The notes under the pieces are model-generated. The model searched no databases, was not told where the DNA came from, and was given only the letters and a program-made list of their open reading frames with translations. A stretch of DNA of 64,000 bases, from contig JBBIJF010000002.1 in assembly GCA_037446115.1 (NCBI GenBank), positions 204,994 to 268,993 of the forward strand, in the 5' to 3' direction. Source of the stretch: Acidobacteriota bacterium (GTDB lineage Bacteria; Acidobacteriota; Terriglobia; Bryobacterales; Bryobacteraceae). Made by a program: the position numbers and the translations under genes. Shown piece after piece: positions 9,473 to 18,377 of this stretch; position 1 is the stretch's first letter; every line of letters begins with the position of its first letter.

Positions 9473-9649
9473 CTACTTCCGCCTCAATTCGAGCCAGCCT
9501 AGCGCAAAGAATCCCGCCGCAATCAGCCAACGCAGCACCACGGTCCAGAAGCGGGCCCCCAGCATCCAGGCCCGGAGGCCCAGAAGGAGGAAGCCGGCGC
9601 CGAGCGACAGGTACCACCACCCAAACCACCAAGCGCGAGGCCGAACCAT
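9473..9649 (-). CDS. possible small two-TM membrane protein (58 aa)
   Basis: MVRPRAWWFGWWYLSLGAGFLLLGLRAWMLGARFWTVVLRWLIAAGFFALGWLELRRK; only composition/hydrophobicity support. Confidence 0.25.
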   Translation of the reverse strand: MVRPRAWWFGWWYLSLGAGFLLLGLRAWMLGARFWTVVLRWLIAAGFFALGWLELRRK

Positions 9650-9657
9650 GAGCCGGA

Positions 9658-10575
9658 TCAGACCTGAGCTTCCGGCTTCTTGTACCGTTCGATCCTGGAT
9701 CCGAACGGCCCGCGGCGCGTACGCTCCAGAAGCGCGGCGATTTCCTCGCCGGACATCTTCTGAAAGGTCTTGCACACGCGCACGTTTTCATCCAGCTGCT
9801 CGACGGTCTCGACGCCGGAGACCACGGTGTCCACGTCCTGGCTCCAGGCAAAGCGGAGGCACTCGGCCACGGTGGCGATTCCGTTGCGGCTGATCTCGCC
9901 CATGGCGTTGGTCTTCATCGCCAGCAGCCCGAGGCCTCGCTTGCGGATGTTCGGAAGTACGGTCCGAATGAAGCTCAAATAGTGAGGATCAATCAGGTTG
10001 ACGGGATGCTGGACCGTCTCCCAGCCGTCGAAGGCATCGAGCAGACGCTGGTGCACGGCAGGGTCATGGTGGCCGGTGAAACCGATGTGACGGGCTTTGC
10101 CCTGTTGCTTCGCCTTGACGAAGGCCTCCAGGGCGCCGTTCGGGCCCAGGATGCGATCCACCTCCTGCTGCGTGCTGACCTCGTGACACTGCCAGAGATC
10201 GAGATAGTCCGTCCGCATGCGCCGGAGTGTCTCTTCGAGCTGGCGCATGGCGCCGTCCCGGTCCCGGAGCTGCGCCTTGGACATCAAAAGCACCTTGTGT
10301 CGCAAGCCGCCCGCCAGAGCCTTCCCGTAGATTTCGTCACTGAGGCCCTTGTGGTAGTGGTGCGCGCTGTCGAAGAAGTTGACGCCCAGCTCGACGGCGC
10401 GGTGGATCAGCCGGATTGCGTTCTCCTCCCCGCGCACCGCCATGTGGTAGCCGCCGAGACAAAAGCGCGACACGCGGAGCCCGCTCTTGCCGAGCGTGGC
10501 CATGGGCATGGGCTGGTCGGCGAGGGCGCCGAAACCGGCTGCGGCAGACACCTGAAGGAAAGTTCTGCGTTTCAT
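9658..10575 (-). CDS. aldo/keto reductase with twin-arginine (Tat) signal peptide
   Basis: MKRRTFLQVSAAAGFGALA Tat motif; AKR core (GVNFFDSAHHYHKGLSDEIYGKAL...RTDYLDLWQCHEV); ATG 10573-10575 with GGAG RBS. Confidence 0.8.
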   Translation of the reverse strand: MKRRTFLQVSAAAGFGALADQPMPMATLGKSGLRVSRFCLGGYHMAVRGEENAIRLIHRAVELGVNFFDSAHHYHKGLSDEIYGKALAGGLRHKVLLMSKAQLRDRDGAMRQLEETLRRMRTDYLDLWQCHEVSTQQEVDRILGPNGALEAFVKAKQQGKARHIGFTGHHDPAVHQRLLDAFDGWETVQHPVNLIDPHYLSFIRTVLPNIRKRGLGLLAMKTNAMGEISRNGIATVAECLRFAWSQDVDTVVSGVETVEQLDENVRVCKTFQKMSGEEIAALLERTRRGPFGSRIERYKKPEAQV

Positions 10576-10606
10576 TTCGCCTTCTCCGCTGTTCCAGGAT
10601 GGACCG

Positions 10607-12010
10607 CTACAACTTACGGCCAATGATAGCGTAATCCAGACCGCCGAAGAAGGTTTCCCGGAAATCCTGCGGCAACGAACCAAGCGCGGGGACGGACTCG
10701 GACGCCGGCGCAAGCCAGTGCACCTGAATTGCGGAAAAGCCGGCCTCCTCCATGTAGAACCGCAGCAGGGCAGCAGGCACAGGGCGCACGTGGGTGGGAT
10801 CCAGATAAAAATGCGTGGCAAAGATGGCCAGGCACTGGGGATTCGGGGTTTCGATAAGCAGCAGGCCGCCGGGCACGAGCGCGTCGGCGGCGAGGCGAAC
10901 CAGCTCCGGCAGGCAGGCGGGCGGCAGATGCTCCACCACCTGAGCGCAGAAAACCGCGTCGAAGCTATCCGTGCCGGCCCGCAGCCAGTCCAGCAAGTCC
11001 GCCTGTTCAGCGCGCAGACCTTTTCGGCGGCACAGCTCCACGCATGCGGCACTGTGATCCACGCCGAGAGCTTCAATCCCGGCCTCCTGCATCAGTTCGA
11101 GGAATTCGCCGCGCCCGCAGCCGAGATCCACGACCTTGCGGCAGCCTTCGAGGAACGGCAGGTAGAAGCGCAGGCGGTTACGGATGTCCTCCGGGCTGCC
11201 CCGGAACGTTGCGGCAAATCGCATCCAGTCCAGCTGCGGGACGGCTTCCGTCCCCGCCGCGGCGGGCGCGGGGGGAGTCGCGACAGCCGGAAGAACGGAG
11301 CGCTGGCGCAGCAGGCGCAGCTCGGTGTGAATCAGCCGCTCAAATTCGGTGCGAACTTTCTCGAAGTCGGCCCACACCCGCTGCTGGATCTCCAGGACGG
11401 CCCGGTCAAGTGCGTTGCGGAAGTCCGCGTGCTGTGTCTTGACGGTTTCCCGAACGTTTGCCTCCATCAGCGCGATACGGTGCTGGAAGGCGGCCTGGAG
11501 TTCGGCCACGGTGCGCAGAAACTGCAACTCGTTGGTTGCCAGCTTGTGCTCCCAGTCCTGGCGCCAAAGGGACCAGTTCGCGCTGAGATCCGCAGTGCGC
11601 TGTGCCGCCGAAGCGGCCTGCTCCCCGGCTGCCGCGCCCGCAGAAGCCAGAGCTGCCAGCGCCCGGTTGTTCTCATTGAGAGCCTCCAGGACGGCGTCCA
11701 GAGAACGGACGACGGCGCGGTTGAACTCCACTTGCTCGCGTACGTGCCAGTCCAGCAGGCGGGCGAGCAGGCGCTTGACCGCCTGGATCAGGTCGTTGAA
11801 AAGGCCCGGAGGCCGCGGGTTCACCGTGCCGATCGCCGCCACTTTGCCTTCAGCGGCATCCCGGGCATGAAGCAGCGGGGTCAGATCCGGAAGGGCGATG
11901 CCGCCCGCGGCGGAGTGCGGATAGCGGGCCCGCACGCGCTCGCGGATCTCGCGCACCATGGCGGCGATTTCCTCCGCCGTCAGGCTGCGGGCCTCTTCAG
12001 CGCCGGGCAC
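10607..12010 (-). CDS. class I SAM-dependent methyltransferase with long N-terminal coiled-coil region
   Basis: VVDLGCGRGEFLELM (motif I) and DAVFCAQVVEHL (motif II); ~280 aa of heptad-rich N-terminus; overlaps queF stop by 14 nt. Confidence 0.75.
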   Translation of the reverse strand: MPGAEEARSLTAEEIAAMVREIRERVRARYPHSAAGGIALPDLTPLLHARDAAEGKVAAIGTVNPRPPGLFNDLIQAVKRLLARLLDWHVREQVEFNRAVVRSLDAVLEALNENNRALAALASAGAAAGEQAASAAQRTADLSANWSLWRQDWEHKLATNELQFLRTVAELQAAFQHRIALMEANVRETVKTQHADFRNALDRAVLEIQQRVWADFEKVRTEFERLIHTELRLLRQRSVLPAVATPPAPAAAGTEAVPQLDWMRFAATFRGSPEDIRNRLRFYLPFLEGCRKVVDLGCGRGEFLELMQEAGIEALGVDHSAACVELCRRKGLRAEQADLLDWLRAGTDSFDAVFCAQVVEHLPPACLPELVRLAADALVPGGLLLIETPNPQCLAIFATHFYLDPTHVRPVPAALLRFYMEEAGFSAIQVHWLAPASESVPALGSLPQDFRETFFGGLDYAIIGRKL

Positions 12011-12398
12011 GCTTCTTACTCCAGGTAGCGGTTACTCTGGTGTAGATTCCCCCGCGGGGATTAAACTCGCCCGTCACGGTCACGGAGACCGGATCGCAGG
12101 CCCGCACCACGTCGCGCAGGATGCGATTGACGGCGTTTTCCTGAAAGATGCCGAGGTTACGGTAGGCCAGCTCGTACATCTTCAGCGACTTCAGCTCCAT
12201 CACCTTCTTGTCCGGGACGTAGCGGATGGTGATTTTACCGAAGTCCGGCAGGCCGGTCTTCGGGCAGACGGAAGTGAACTCGGGGATGACCACTTCGATT
12301 TCGTACCCCGGAAATTGGTTGGGGAAGGTCTCGATCTCCGGCAACGGCGCGTCCAGTCCGGCACGCGCGTGCTCTGCGGTGTAACCGCCTTTCTTCAT
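11997..12398 (-). CDS. queF: NADPH-dependent 7-cyano-7-deazaguanine (preQ0) reductase QueF, unimodular type
   Basis: Catalytic Cys in EFTSVCPKTGLPDFG and QueF motif ELKSLKMYE; 133 aa; start ATG 12396-12398 overlaps upstream gene stop (ATGA). Confidence 0.8.
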   Translation of the reverse strand: MKKGGYTAEHARAGLDAPLPEIETFPNQFPGYEIEVVIPEFTSVCPKTGLPDFGKITIRYVPDKKVMELKSLKMYELAYRNLGIFQENAVNRILRDVVRACDPVSVTVTGEFNPRGGIYTRVTATWSKKRARR

Positions 12399-13630
12399 GA
12401 CGTCATCAAGGCTCTTGCCAGCAGGTGAAGGAAGAGGCCGACGTCGGTGACGACGCCGACGGCCTGGCCGGTGCCGCGGTCGCTGACCTTGGTGGCGACG
12501 GCGGGGTTGATGTCCACGCAGATAATTTTGACCCAGCTGGGAAGCATGTTGCCGACGGCGATCGAGTGCAGCATGGAGCCGAGGCAAAGCACCAGCCCGG
12601 CGCCCCGGAGATGGGCGGCGTAGGCATCCTGGGCTTCGTTCATGTCCGTGATCGTCTCCGGCAGCGGCCCGTCGTCGCGCAGACTGCCGGCCAACACGAA
12701 CGGTACGCCGGCCCGGACGCATTCATAAAGGATGCCGGACGTGAGCCGGCCGCTCTGGACCGCCTGGAGAATACCGCCGTAATGGTAGATGGCATTGATC
12801 GCCCGCATATGGTTGCGGTGCCCGTGTTCTTCCTGCCGGCCGTCGCTCTGGCGGATGCCGAGGGAGGTCCCATAGAGCGCGGCCTCCACATCGTGGACCC
12901 CCAGGGCGTTGCCGCTGAGGAGCGCTTGCACGTACCCTGCGCGGATCAGCGCCGCCAGCGACGGCCCGCCGCCGGTGTGCACGACCACCGGCCCGGCCAC
13001 CACCACAATCTTCTGGCCCGCCTGGCGCGTTTGTCGCATCAACGCCGCAGTCTGGCGCACCGCGGTCTCCACCTGCCGCTCCGAGGAAATGCCGTTGGTC
13101 ATAAAGGCGAACGCGAGCCGGTCGCGTTCCTTGGATTCCGGAATGACGCGGATGCCGCGGAGCCCCACCACCACGCGGTCGCCGGCGCGGAGATCGCGTA
13201 GCCGGCGACAGAAGGCGCGTTCCCCGTCCACCACGATCAGGGCATCCATGCGCTGGTCCTCCACGGACACCCAGCGACCATTGAGGCGGACCAGGGTGCG
13301 GTGATTGGTGGTCGAATAGAAATCCTCGGGAGCGCAGCGGTCGCGTTCGACGATGGCGAGGGCCGCATCCCCGGAGTCCACCGGCGAGCAACCCAGATCC
13401 ATCAATTGCTGGAGCAGCCGCTCCATGTCCTCCCGCGTGGGGGCCTCGATGCGCAAACGCAGATAAGAAGGGTCTTCGTTCGTGCGCCCGATCCGGAACT
13501 GTTCCACTTCAAAGCGGCCGTGGAATTCGACCACTTTGTCGAAGATCCGCTCCATGATGTGGGAGTCAATCAGATGTCCTTCGGCCTCCACGACCTCGTG
13601 AAAGGGCATCAGCGCCATGGCGGAATTCAT
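12395..13630 (-). CDS. TIGR00300 / LOR-SDH-like family protein (ornithine cyclodeaminase/ornithine-ammonia cyclase type fold), function in this context unknown
   Basis: 411-aa ORF with family-like segments (HLIDSHIMERIFDKVV..., YSTTNHRTLV, HMRAINAIYHYGGI, Rossmann-like GPVVVHTGGG); assignment from memory of family signatures, moderate. Confidence 0.55.
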   Translation of the reverse strand: MNSAMALMPFHEVVEAEGHLIDSHIMERIFDKVVEFHGRFEVEQFRIGRTNEDPSYLRLRIEAPTREDMERLLQQLMDLGCSPVDSGDAALAIVERDRCAPEDFYSTTNHRTLVRLNGRWVSVEDQRMDALIVVDGERAFCRRLRDLRAGDRVVVGLRGIRVIPESKERDRLAFAFMTNGISSERQVETAVRQTAALMRQTRQAGQKIVVVAGPVVVHTGGGPSLAALIRAGYVQALLSGNALGVHDVEAALYGTSLGIRQSDGRQEEHGHRNHMRAINAIYHYGGILQAVQSGRLTSGILYECVRAGVPFVLAGSLRDDGPLPETITDMNEAQDAYAAHLRGAGLVLCLGSMLHSIAVGNMLPSWVKIICVDINPAVATKVSDRGTGQAVGVVTDVGLFLHLLARALMTS

Positions 13631-13663
13631 GGGTTTGCCTTTCAGTGTAGCCTGCCGGGGAAC

Positions 13664-14044
13664 TCAGGGGCGGTAGGAGGCCGTCGCAGTGTCCGTCTCC
13701 CAGATGCGAACGCAGGTCACGCGCACGGGGACCTCCGGCCGCAGCGCCGCCAGAGAGCGGCTCACCTCTTCGTAGAAATAGCGGGCCATGTTCTCGGCGG
13801 AAGGATTCTGCCGGTCGAACGGGGGGATCTCGTTCAGGTTGCGGTGATCGAGCCGCTCGATGACGGAGTGCAGGATCTTTTTCACATCGGCGAAATCCAC
13901 GAGCAGGCCGATGCCGTCCAGCCTTTCCCCCTCGAGGGTCACCCGAACCTTGTAGTTGTGCCCGTGCAGGTTCTCGCACTTGCCCTTGTAGCCGCGCAGG
14001 GCGTGCGCCGCGGCAAACACCTCCTCGACCGAGATCTCGTACAT
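13664..14044 (-). CDS. queD: 6-carboxy-5,6,7,8-tetrahydropterin synthase QueD
   Basis: CENLHGHNYKV (CxxxHGH zinc motif), 126 aa, T-fold PTPS family. Confidence 0.85.
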   Translation of the reverse strand: MYEISVEEVFAAAHALRGYKGKCENLHGHNYKVRVTLEGERLDGIGLLVDFADVKKILHSVIERLDHRNLNEIPPFDRQNPSAENMARYFYEEVSRSLAALRPEVPVRVTCVRIWETDTATASYRP

Positions 14045-14046
14045 AT

Positions 14047-15987
14047 TTACGCGTTTTCCGGACCGCTGAAGAAACGTTCGACGTCTCTGATATCCATCGT
14101 AAACCGGTAGGGCGGCAGGCTGTCGAGGAAAACCCGCCCGTAGCGCTGGCGCACGATCCGGTGGTCGAGCAGCGCCAGCACGCCGCGGTCCGTGCGGTTG
14201 CGAATCAGGCGACCGAACCCCTGCTTGAGCAGCAGGGCCGCCTGGGGGATCTGGTAGTCGTAAAAGGGATTGGCGCCCTCCTCGCGAAGGTTCCGGATGC
14301 GCGCTTCGACCACGGGGTCCGTCGGGACCGCAAAGGGCAGCTTGTCAATGATGACGCAGCTCAACTGTTCGCCCGGCACGTCTACCCCCTGCCAGAACGA
14401 CGCAGTCGCAAACAGGACGCAGTGCGGTGTGGAGCGGAACTCTTCCAGCAGCGCGTTGCGCGGCGCGGTGCCCTGCAGCAGGGCGGGGAATTCCAGCTGG
14501 TAGACCAGCAGGTCGTAGACCTGGCGCATCTGTTGATGGGAGGTGAACAGCACGAAGGCACGGCCCCGGCTCAGCGCGAGCAGGCGCCGGATCTCCTCGG
14601 CCGCCTGGGCGGGGAACAGGGGGCTGCGCGGGTCGGGAAGGTGCGGGGCGACGTAGAGCAGCGCCTGGTTTTGCCAGTCGAAGCTGCCCGGCACGATGAG
14701 GGTGCGGGCTCCGGTCAACCCCAGCCGCCGCTCCACGAATTCGAAGCTGCCCCCGACGGCGAGGGTGGCGGAGGTCAAAATGGCCACCCGGGGGCCGCTG
14801 AACAGGCGTTCCGCCAGGATGCCGGAGACGTCAATGGGAGTGGCTTGCAGGAAGCATCCACGCCCGCGCCGCTCCACCCAGTAGACGTAGCGGCGGTCGT
14901 TGCCTTCCATCCAGAAACGCAGCGCGAGGGATATCTCCCGGGCGCGCCGCACCAGAGGGATCACCTCTTCCGGAGCGCTTTGCAGGCTTTCCAGGTGCGC
15001 CCCGAGCAGTTCCAGGGCGCCGAGCAGGTCCCGGTATTCTTCCTCGTGGCGCTCCAACAAGGCCTGCTGCTGCCGGAACCCGGTGCGGCCCTCGAGGGCT
15101 TCAAACAGCGAAAAAAAACGCGCCGCACACTCGCCGAGAGTCACGAGAACCCGATCGAGCTCCGGAGAGCCGAACTGCTTCAAGCGCGCGGTAGCGGCTA
15201 CATCCCGCACGAGCTCCTCGACCTGGTAGTTGCTGACCGAGAGTCCGAAGTACTGGCTGGCCACGTCTTCGATTTCGTGAGCTTCGTCGAAGACCACGGC
15301 GGCGTAGTCGGGAATGATGCCGCCGTAGTCCTCGTCGCGCACGGCGAGGTCGGCAAAGAACAGGTGGTGGTTGACGATGATGACGTCGCTTTCAGCCGCG
15401 CGCTGGCGCATCAACGTGATGAAGCAGCGCTCGAACTGAGGACATTTCTGGCCCGTGCACAGTTCGCGGCGCGCGTCGAGTTTGTTCCAAACGGAGCTGG
15501 ACTCCGGCAGCGCGCGGATCTCCGCCCGGTCGCCGGTCTGGGTGGTCTTCTCCCACTCCCGGATGATTTCGAAGTCGGCCAGCTCCTCCAGGCCTGCCAG
15601 CACCGGTTCTTTTTCGGCGTCATAAATCTTCTGCCGGCAGGCGTAGTTGGAACGGCCCTTCATGTAACAAACCCGGAGGCGCTGTCCCAGGGTCTTTTCA
15701 AGGAGTGGAACATCTTTGAAAAACAGTTGCTCCTGGAGGTTCTTGGTCGCCGTGGACACGACCACACGCCGTCCGGACAGAATCGCCGGAACCAGGTAGG
15801 CGAGCGTCTTGCCGGTCCCGGTTCCGGCTTCCACGATCAGGTGCCTTCCTTCCGCCAGGGCTTCCTCAACGGCCTGGGCCATCTCGAGCTGGCCGGGCCG
15901 GAACTCGTATTGAGGATGGGAGCGCGAAAGCGGCCCGCCGCGGGAGAAGAAGTGGCGCACGCTCAGAGTCCGGGCGTGGGGCGGCAT
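14047..15987 (-). CDS. dinG: DinG/XPD-family ATP-dependent DNA helicase with Fe-S cluster domain
   Basis: Walker A EAGTGTGKTLAYL, DEAH-like VVFDEAHEIEDV, four-Cys FeS insert (CYMKGRSNYAC...CTGQKCPQFERC), helicase C_2 C-terminus. Confidence 0.8.
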   Translation of the reverse strand: MPPHARTLSVRHFFSRGGPLSRSHPQYEFRPGQLEMAQAVEEALAEGRHLIVEAGTGTGKTLAYLVPAILSGRRVVVSTATKNLQEQLFFKDVPLLEKTLGQRLRVCYMKGRSNYACRQKIYDAEKEPVLAGLEELADFEIIREWEKTTQTGDRAEIRALPESSSVWNKLDARRELCTGQKCPQFERCFITLMRQRAAESDVIIVNHHLFFADLAVRDEDYGGIIPDYAAVVFDEAHEIEDVASQYFGLSVSNYQVEELVRDVAATARLKQFGSPELDRVLVTLGECAARFFSLFEALEGRTGFRQQQALLERHEEEYRDLLGALELLGAHLESLQSAPEEVIPLVRRAREISLALRFWMEGNDRRYVYWVERRGRGCFLQATPIDVSGILAERLFSGPRVAILTSATLAVGGSFEFVERRLGLTGARTLIVPGSFDWQNQALLYVAPHLPDPRSPLFPAQAAEEIRRLLALSRGRAFVLFTSHQQMRQVYDLLVYQLEFPALLQGTAPRNALLEEFRSTPHCVLFATASFWQGVDVPGEQLSCVIIDKLPFAVPTDPVVEARIRNLREEGANPFYDYQIPQAALLLKQGFGRLIRNRTDRGVLALLDHRIVRQRYGRVFLDSLPPYRFTMDIRDVERFFSGPENA

Positions 15988-16402
15988 CTCACCGTTGAGT
16001 ATACGGCCGGCAGGATCCGGGCAGGAGCTGGGGCGCGGCCGACTCGCAGAGCGGTGGGCGAGTTCTCAGGCTGGGGGCTCGAGCAGGCCGTCCTGGCCGG
16101 GCCCGATGCGGAATGGGAGTTGAACCCCAGTCAGTTGCCGCCCGGCGCCGAACCCGGGCGCGGATCCTATCGTGCGCGAATCGACTTCGTCCGGTTTCGA
16201 GATGGGACCGAGTGGGGGCCGGATGAGGCAAGAGAGAGTCTTCGCTTTACGGGGATCCGTTCCGGAGTTGCAGCGACACGGCAATACCTTAAAATGCTCC
16301 TTCGCCAGCGCGGAGTCGAGGCGGTGATCCAGGAGTTGGAACGCTGAGCCCTGGAAGCGGCCGCCGGAACAAGCGCCGAACGCGGAGTGTACGAGTTTGC
16401 TC

Positions 16403-18349
16403 TCAAACCGCCAGATCCACCACCGCTTCGGTGATCTGGCCCAGGTATTTTCCGTTGCGCACCACGTCGGCCGCGATGGCGAAGCGGGGACCGGGCGGGG
16501 TCCAGTCGCGCGGGACGGACAACGTGACGCGGGCTTTGGCGTGTCCCCTGGCGGGCACGGCGAGCTTGACGACGTCCGGCTCGAGCGTCCACTCCGAGGG
16601 AGTGACCAGCGCCACCTCCAGTTGCATGGGCTCGGCATAGTAGTTCTGCGCGCGCACTTCGATCTGGCGCCGGCCGCCGGGCGCGACCAGAATCTGGTAA
16701 GGATAGATCTTCACCCAGCTGGGATCGAGCCCGAAATCGGTTTCCCCTTCCGGAAGCAGATCGAAGAAAAACTGCTGCTGCCTGCGGAGCTTCTGCTCGG
16801 TGGCAAGCAGGATCTGTCGGTCCACGGGATAGGGCCGGCCGTGACCCGGACAGATCAGTTCCGGCTCGCGTTCGATCAGGTTGCGGATGGACTTCAGGTG
16901 GCTGTCGTTTTCGACGTGGTTGCGGAAGATGAGGTTGTGGCGCAGCGTGCCGTCGTTGCGCGGGTTGGGGAAGAAGGCATCGCCGGTGAAGGCCACGCGT
17001 TTGCCGTCAATGGTGACGAACAGGGCCATCTGATACTCGGTGTGGCCCGGAGAATGCGTGATCTCGAATTCGAATTCCTCCCACTTGAACCGCTCCCCGT
17101 GGCGGAAGGCGCGTGAAACTTTGAACGGCTCGCCGAGGATGCAGCCGAGGTTGTAGCCGCGGGGGTTCTCAAAGACGTCCACCATGTTCTCGTAGCACCA
17201 GATTTGCGTGCCGTAGTGGCGGATCAGGTGAGGGAAGCCGTTCATGTGATCGTCATGCATGTGGCTGGGCATGGCCACGTCCACCGATCGGAGGCCGTAG
17301 TTCTGCTTGAGATGGTCAATGGAGTGCTCGACGAAGCGAATCCGGTCGGTGACGGCGGTGGCCCGCTCGAAGTTGCCGAAATGGACGCCGGACGCCGATC
17401 CGTAGTCAATGAACATGGCCTTGCCGCTGTTGCTGATGATGGCGTAGAAGGACGAGGTCGTCTGGTAGTGCGCCACCAGGTGCGGGCTGACGGGGAAGGG
17501 GCGGTTTTCCTCGGTGGGTTCGTTGCCCCAGAAACGGTAGTAGTCGCTGAGGCGGCGGATGGTCTCGGCCATGCCTGCGTCCGGATCGGGCAGCGGCTCC
17601 CCGTGCGAGGGGCACAGCAGTTGCGGCTTCTGCTCCCGCAGGCGCGCCAGCGAGTAGATGGCCAGATCAACGCCTTCGGTACCGCCGTAGTTGATCTGCG
17701 TGTCGTAGAGCGTCTGGATCTTGCCGGGGGCGTACATCAGATCGCCTGAGAAAGCCACCTTCCTGCCGTCCACGGTCGCCAGCAGGGTGATGGCGCCGAG
17801 GGTGTGCCCGGGCGTGGGGAGCACGTAGAAATCGGTGCCGTTCCAGCGAAAGGTGGAGTAGTCGGCCAGCGCCCGTGCGACGGGGACATTCTCGGTGAGG
17901 GTGTAGAAGTCGTTGCGGACGTAATACAGATGAAAGACGCGCCGGTTGCGCCAGAAATTCTGGGCGTCGGCAAACAGGTGGCGCTCGTGGGCGGGCACGG
18001 CGATGGGAATCCCGCGCTCGACCGCCCGCCAGTCGCCCTGGCACTGGTCCCGGTGATGGTGGGTATGCAGAATCCAGTCCACTTTCGAGATGCCGAGGGC
18101 GGGGAGGTGGTCCAGAATCCTTCCGGAGCCGAAGTCAATGAGGACGCAGCTGGCGCCGTCGCGCACCACGTACACATTGCAGGTGTCTTCGAACACCCAC
18201 AGGTTGTCGCTGAGGCGCCGCGGCGCGCCTTTAGGCGCGAAGGAGGTGCGGCGAAAGCCTTTGCGGTCCGGCGGGGCGGAGGCGGCCAGCGGAGCTGTGC
18301 CGAGTGCTCCGGCGGAGCGGAGAAACTTGCGGCGGGTCGGTTTGCTCAT
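16403..18349 (-). CDS. Tat-exported protein with two tandem metallo-beta-lactamase-fold domains
   Basis: Tat signal MSKPTRRKFLRSAGALG; two HxHxDH motifs (HTHHHRDQCQGD and HMHDDHMNGF); 648 aa. Confidence 0.75.
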   Translation of the reverse strand: MSKPTRRKFLRSAGALGTAPLAASAPPDRKGFRRTSFAPKGAPRRLSDNLWVFEDTCNVYVVRDGASCVLIDFGSGRILDHLPALGISKVDWILHTHHHRDQCQGDWRAVERGIPIAVPAHERHLFADAQNFWRNRRVFHLYYVRNDFYTLTENVPVARALADYSTFRWNGTDFYVLPTPGHTLGAITLLATVDGRKVAFSGDLMYAPGKIQTLYDTQINYGGTEGVDLAIYSLARLREQKPQLLCPSHGEPLPDPDAGMAETIRRLSDYYRFWGNEPTEENRPFPVSPHLVAHYQTTSSFYAIISNSGKAMFIDYGSASGVHFGNFERATAVTDRIRFVEHSIDHLKQNYGLRSVDVAMPSHMHDDHMNGFPHLIRHYGTQIWCYENMVDVFENPRGYNLGCILGEPFKVSRAFRHGERFKWEEFEFEITHSPGHTEYQMALFVTIDGKRVAFTGDAFFPNPRNDGTLRHNLIFRNHVENDSHLKSIRNLIEREPELICPGHGRPYPVDRQILLATEQKLRRQQQFFFDLLPEGETDFGLDPSWVKIYPYQILVAPGGRRQIEVRAQNYYAEPMQLEVALVTPSEWTLEPDVVKLAVPARGHAKARVTLSVPRDWTPPGPRFAIAADVVRNGKYLGQITEAVVDLAV

Positions 18350-18377
18350 GGCCGTATTCTACAATTGAAGCAACGGG

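Noticed and set aside
10718-12028. 436-aa plus-strand ORF
   Set aside because: Antisense to the SAM methyltransferase and queF, which carry diagnostic motifs.
14161-16347. 728-aa plus-strand ORF
   Set aside because: Antisense to the DinG helicase, which has Walker A, DEAH and Fe-S motifs. Arg/Gly/Ala-rich artefact (only its last about 100 codons, in the intergenic gap, were kept as a low-confidence note).
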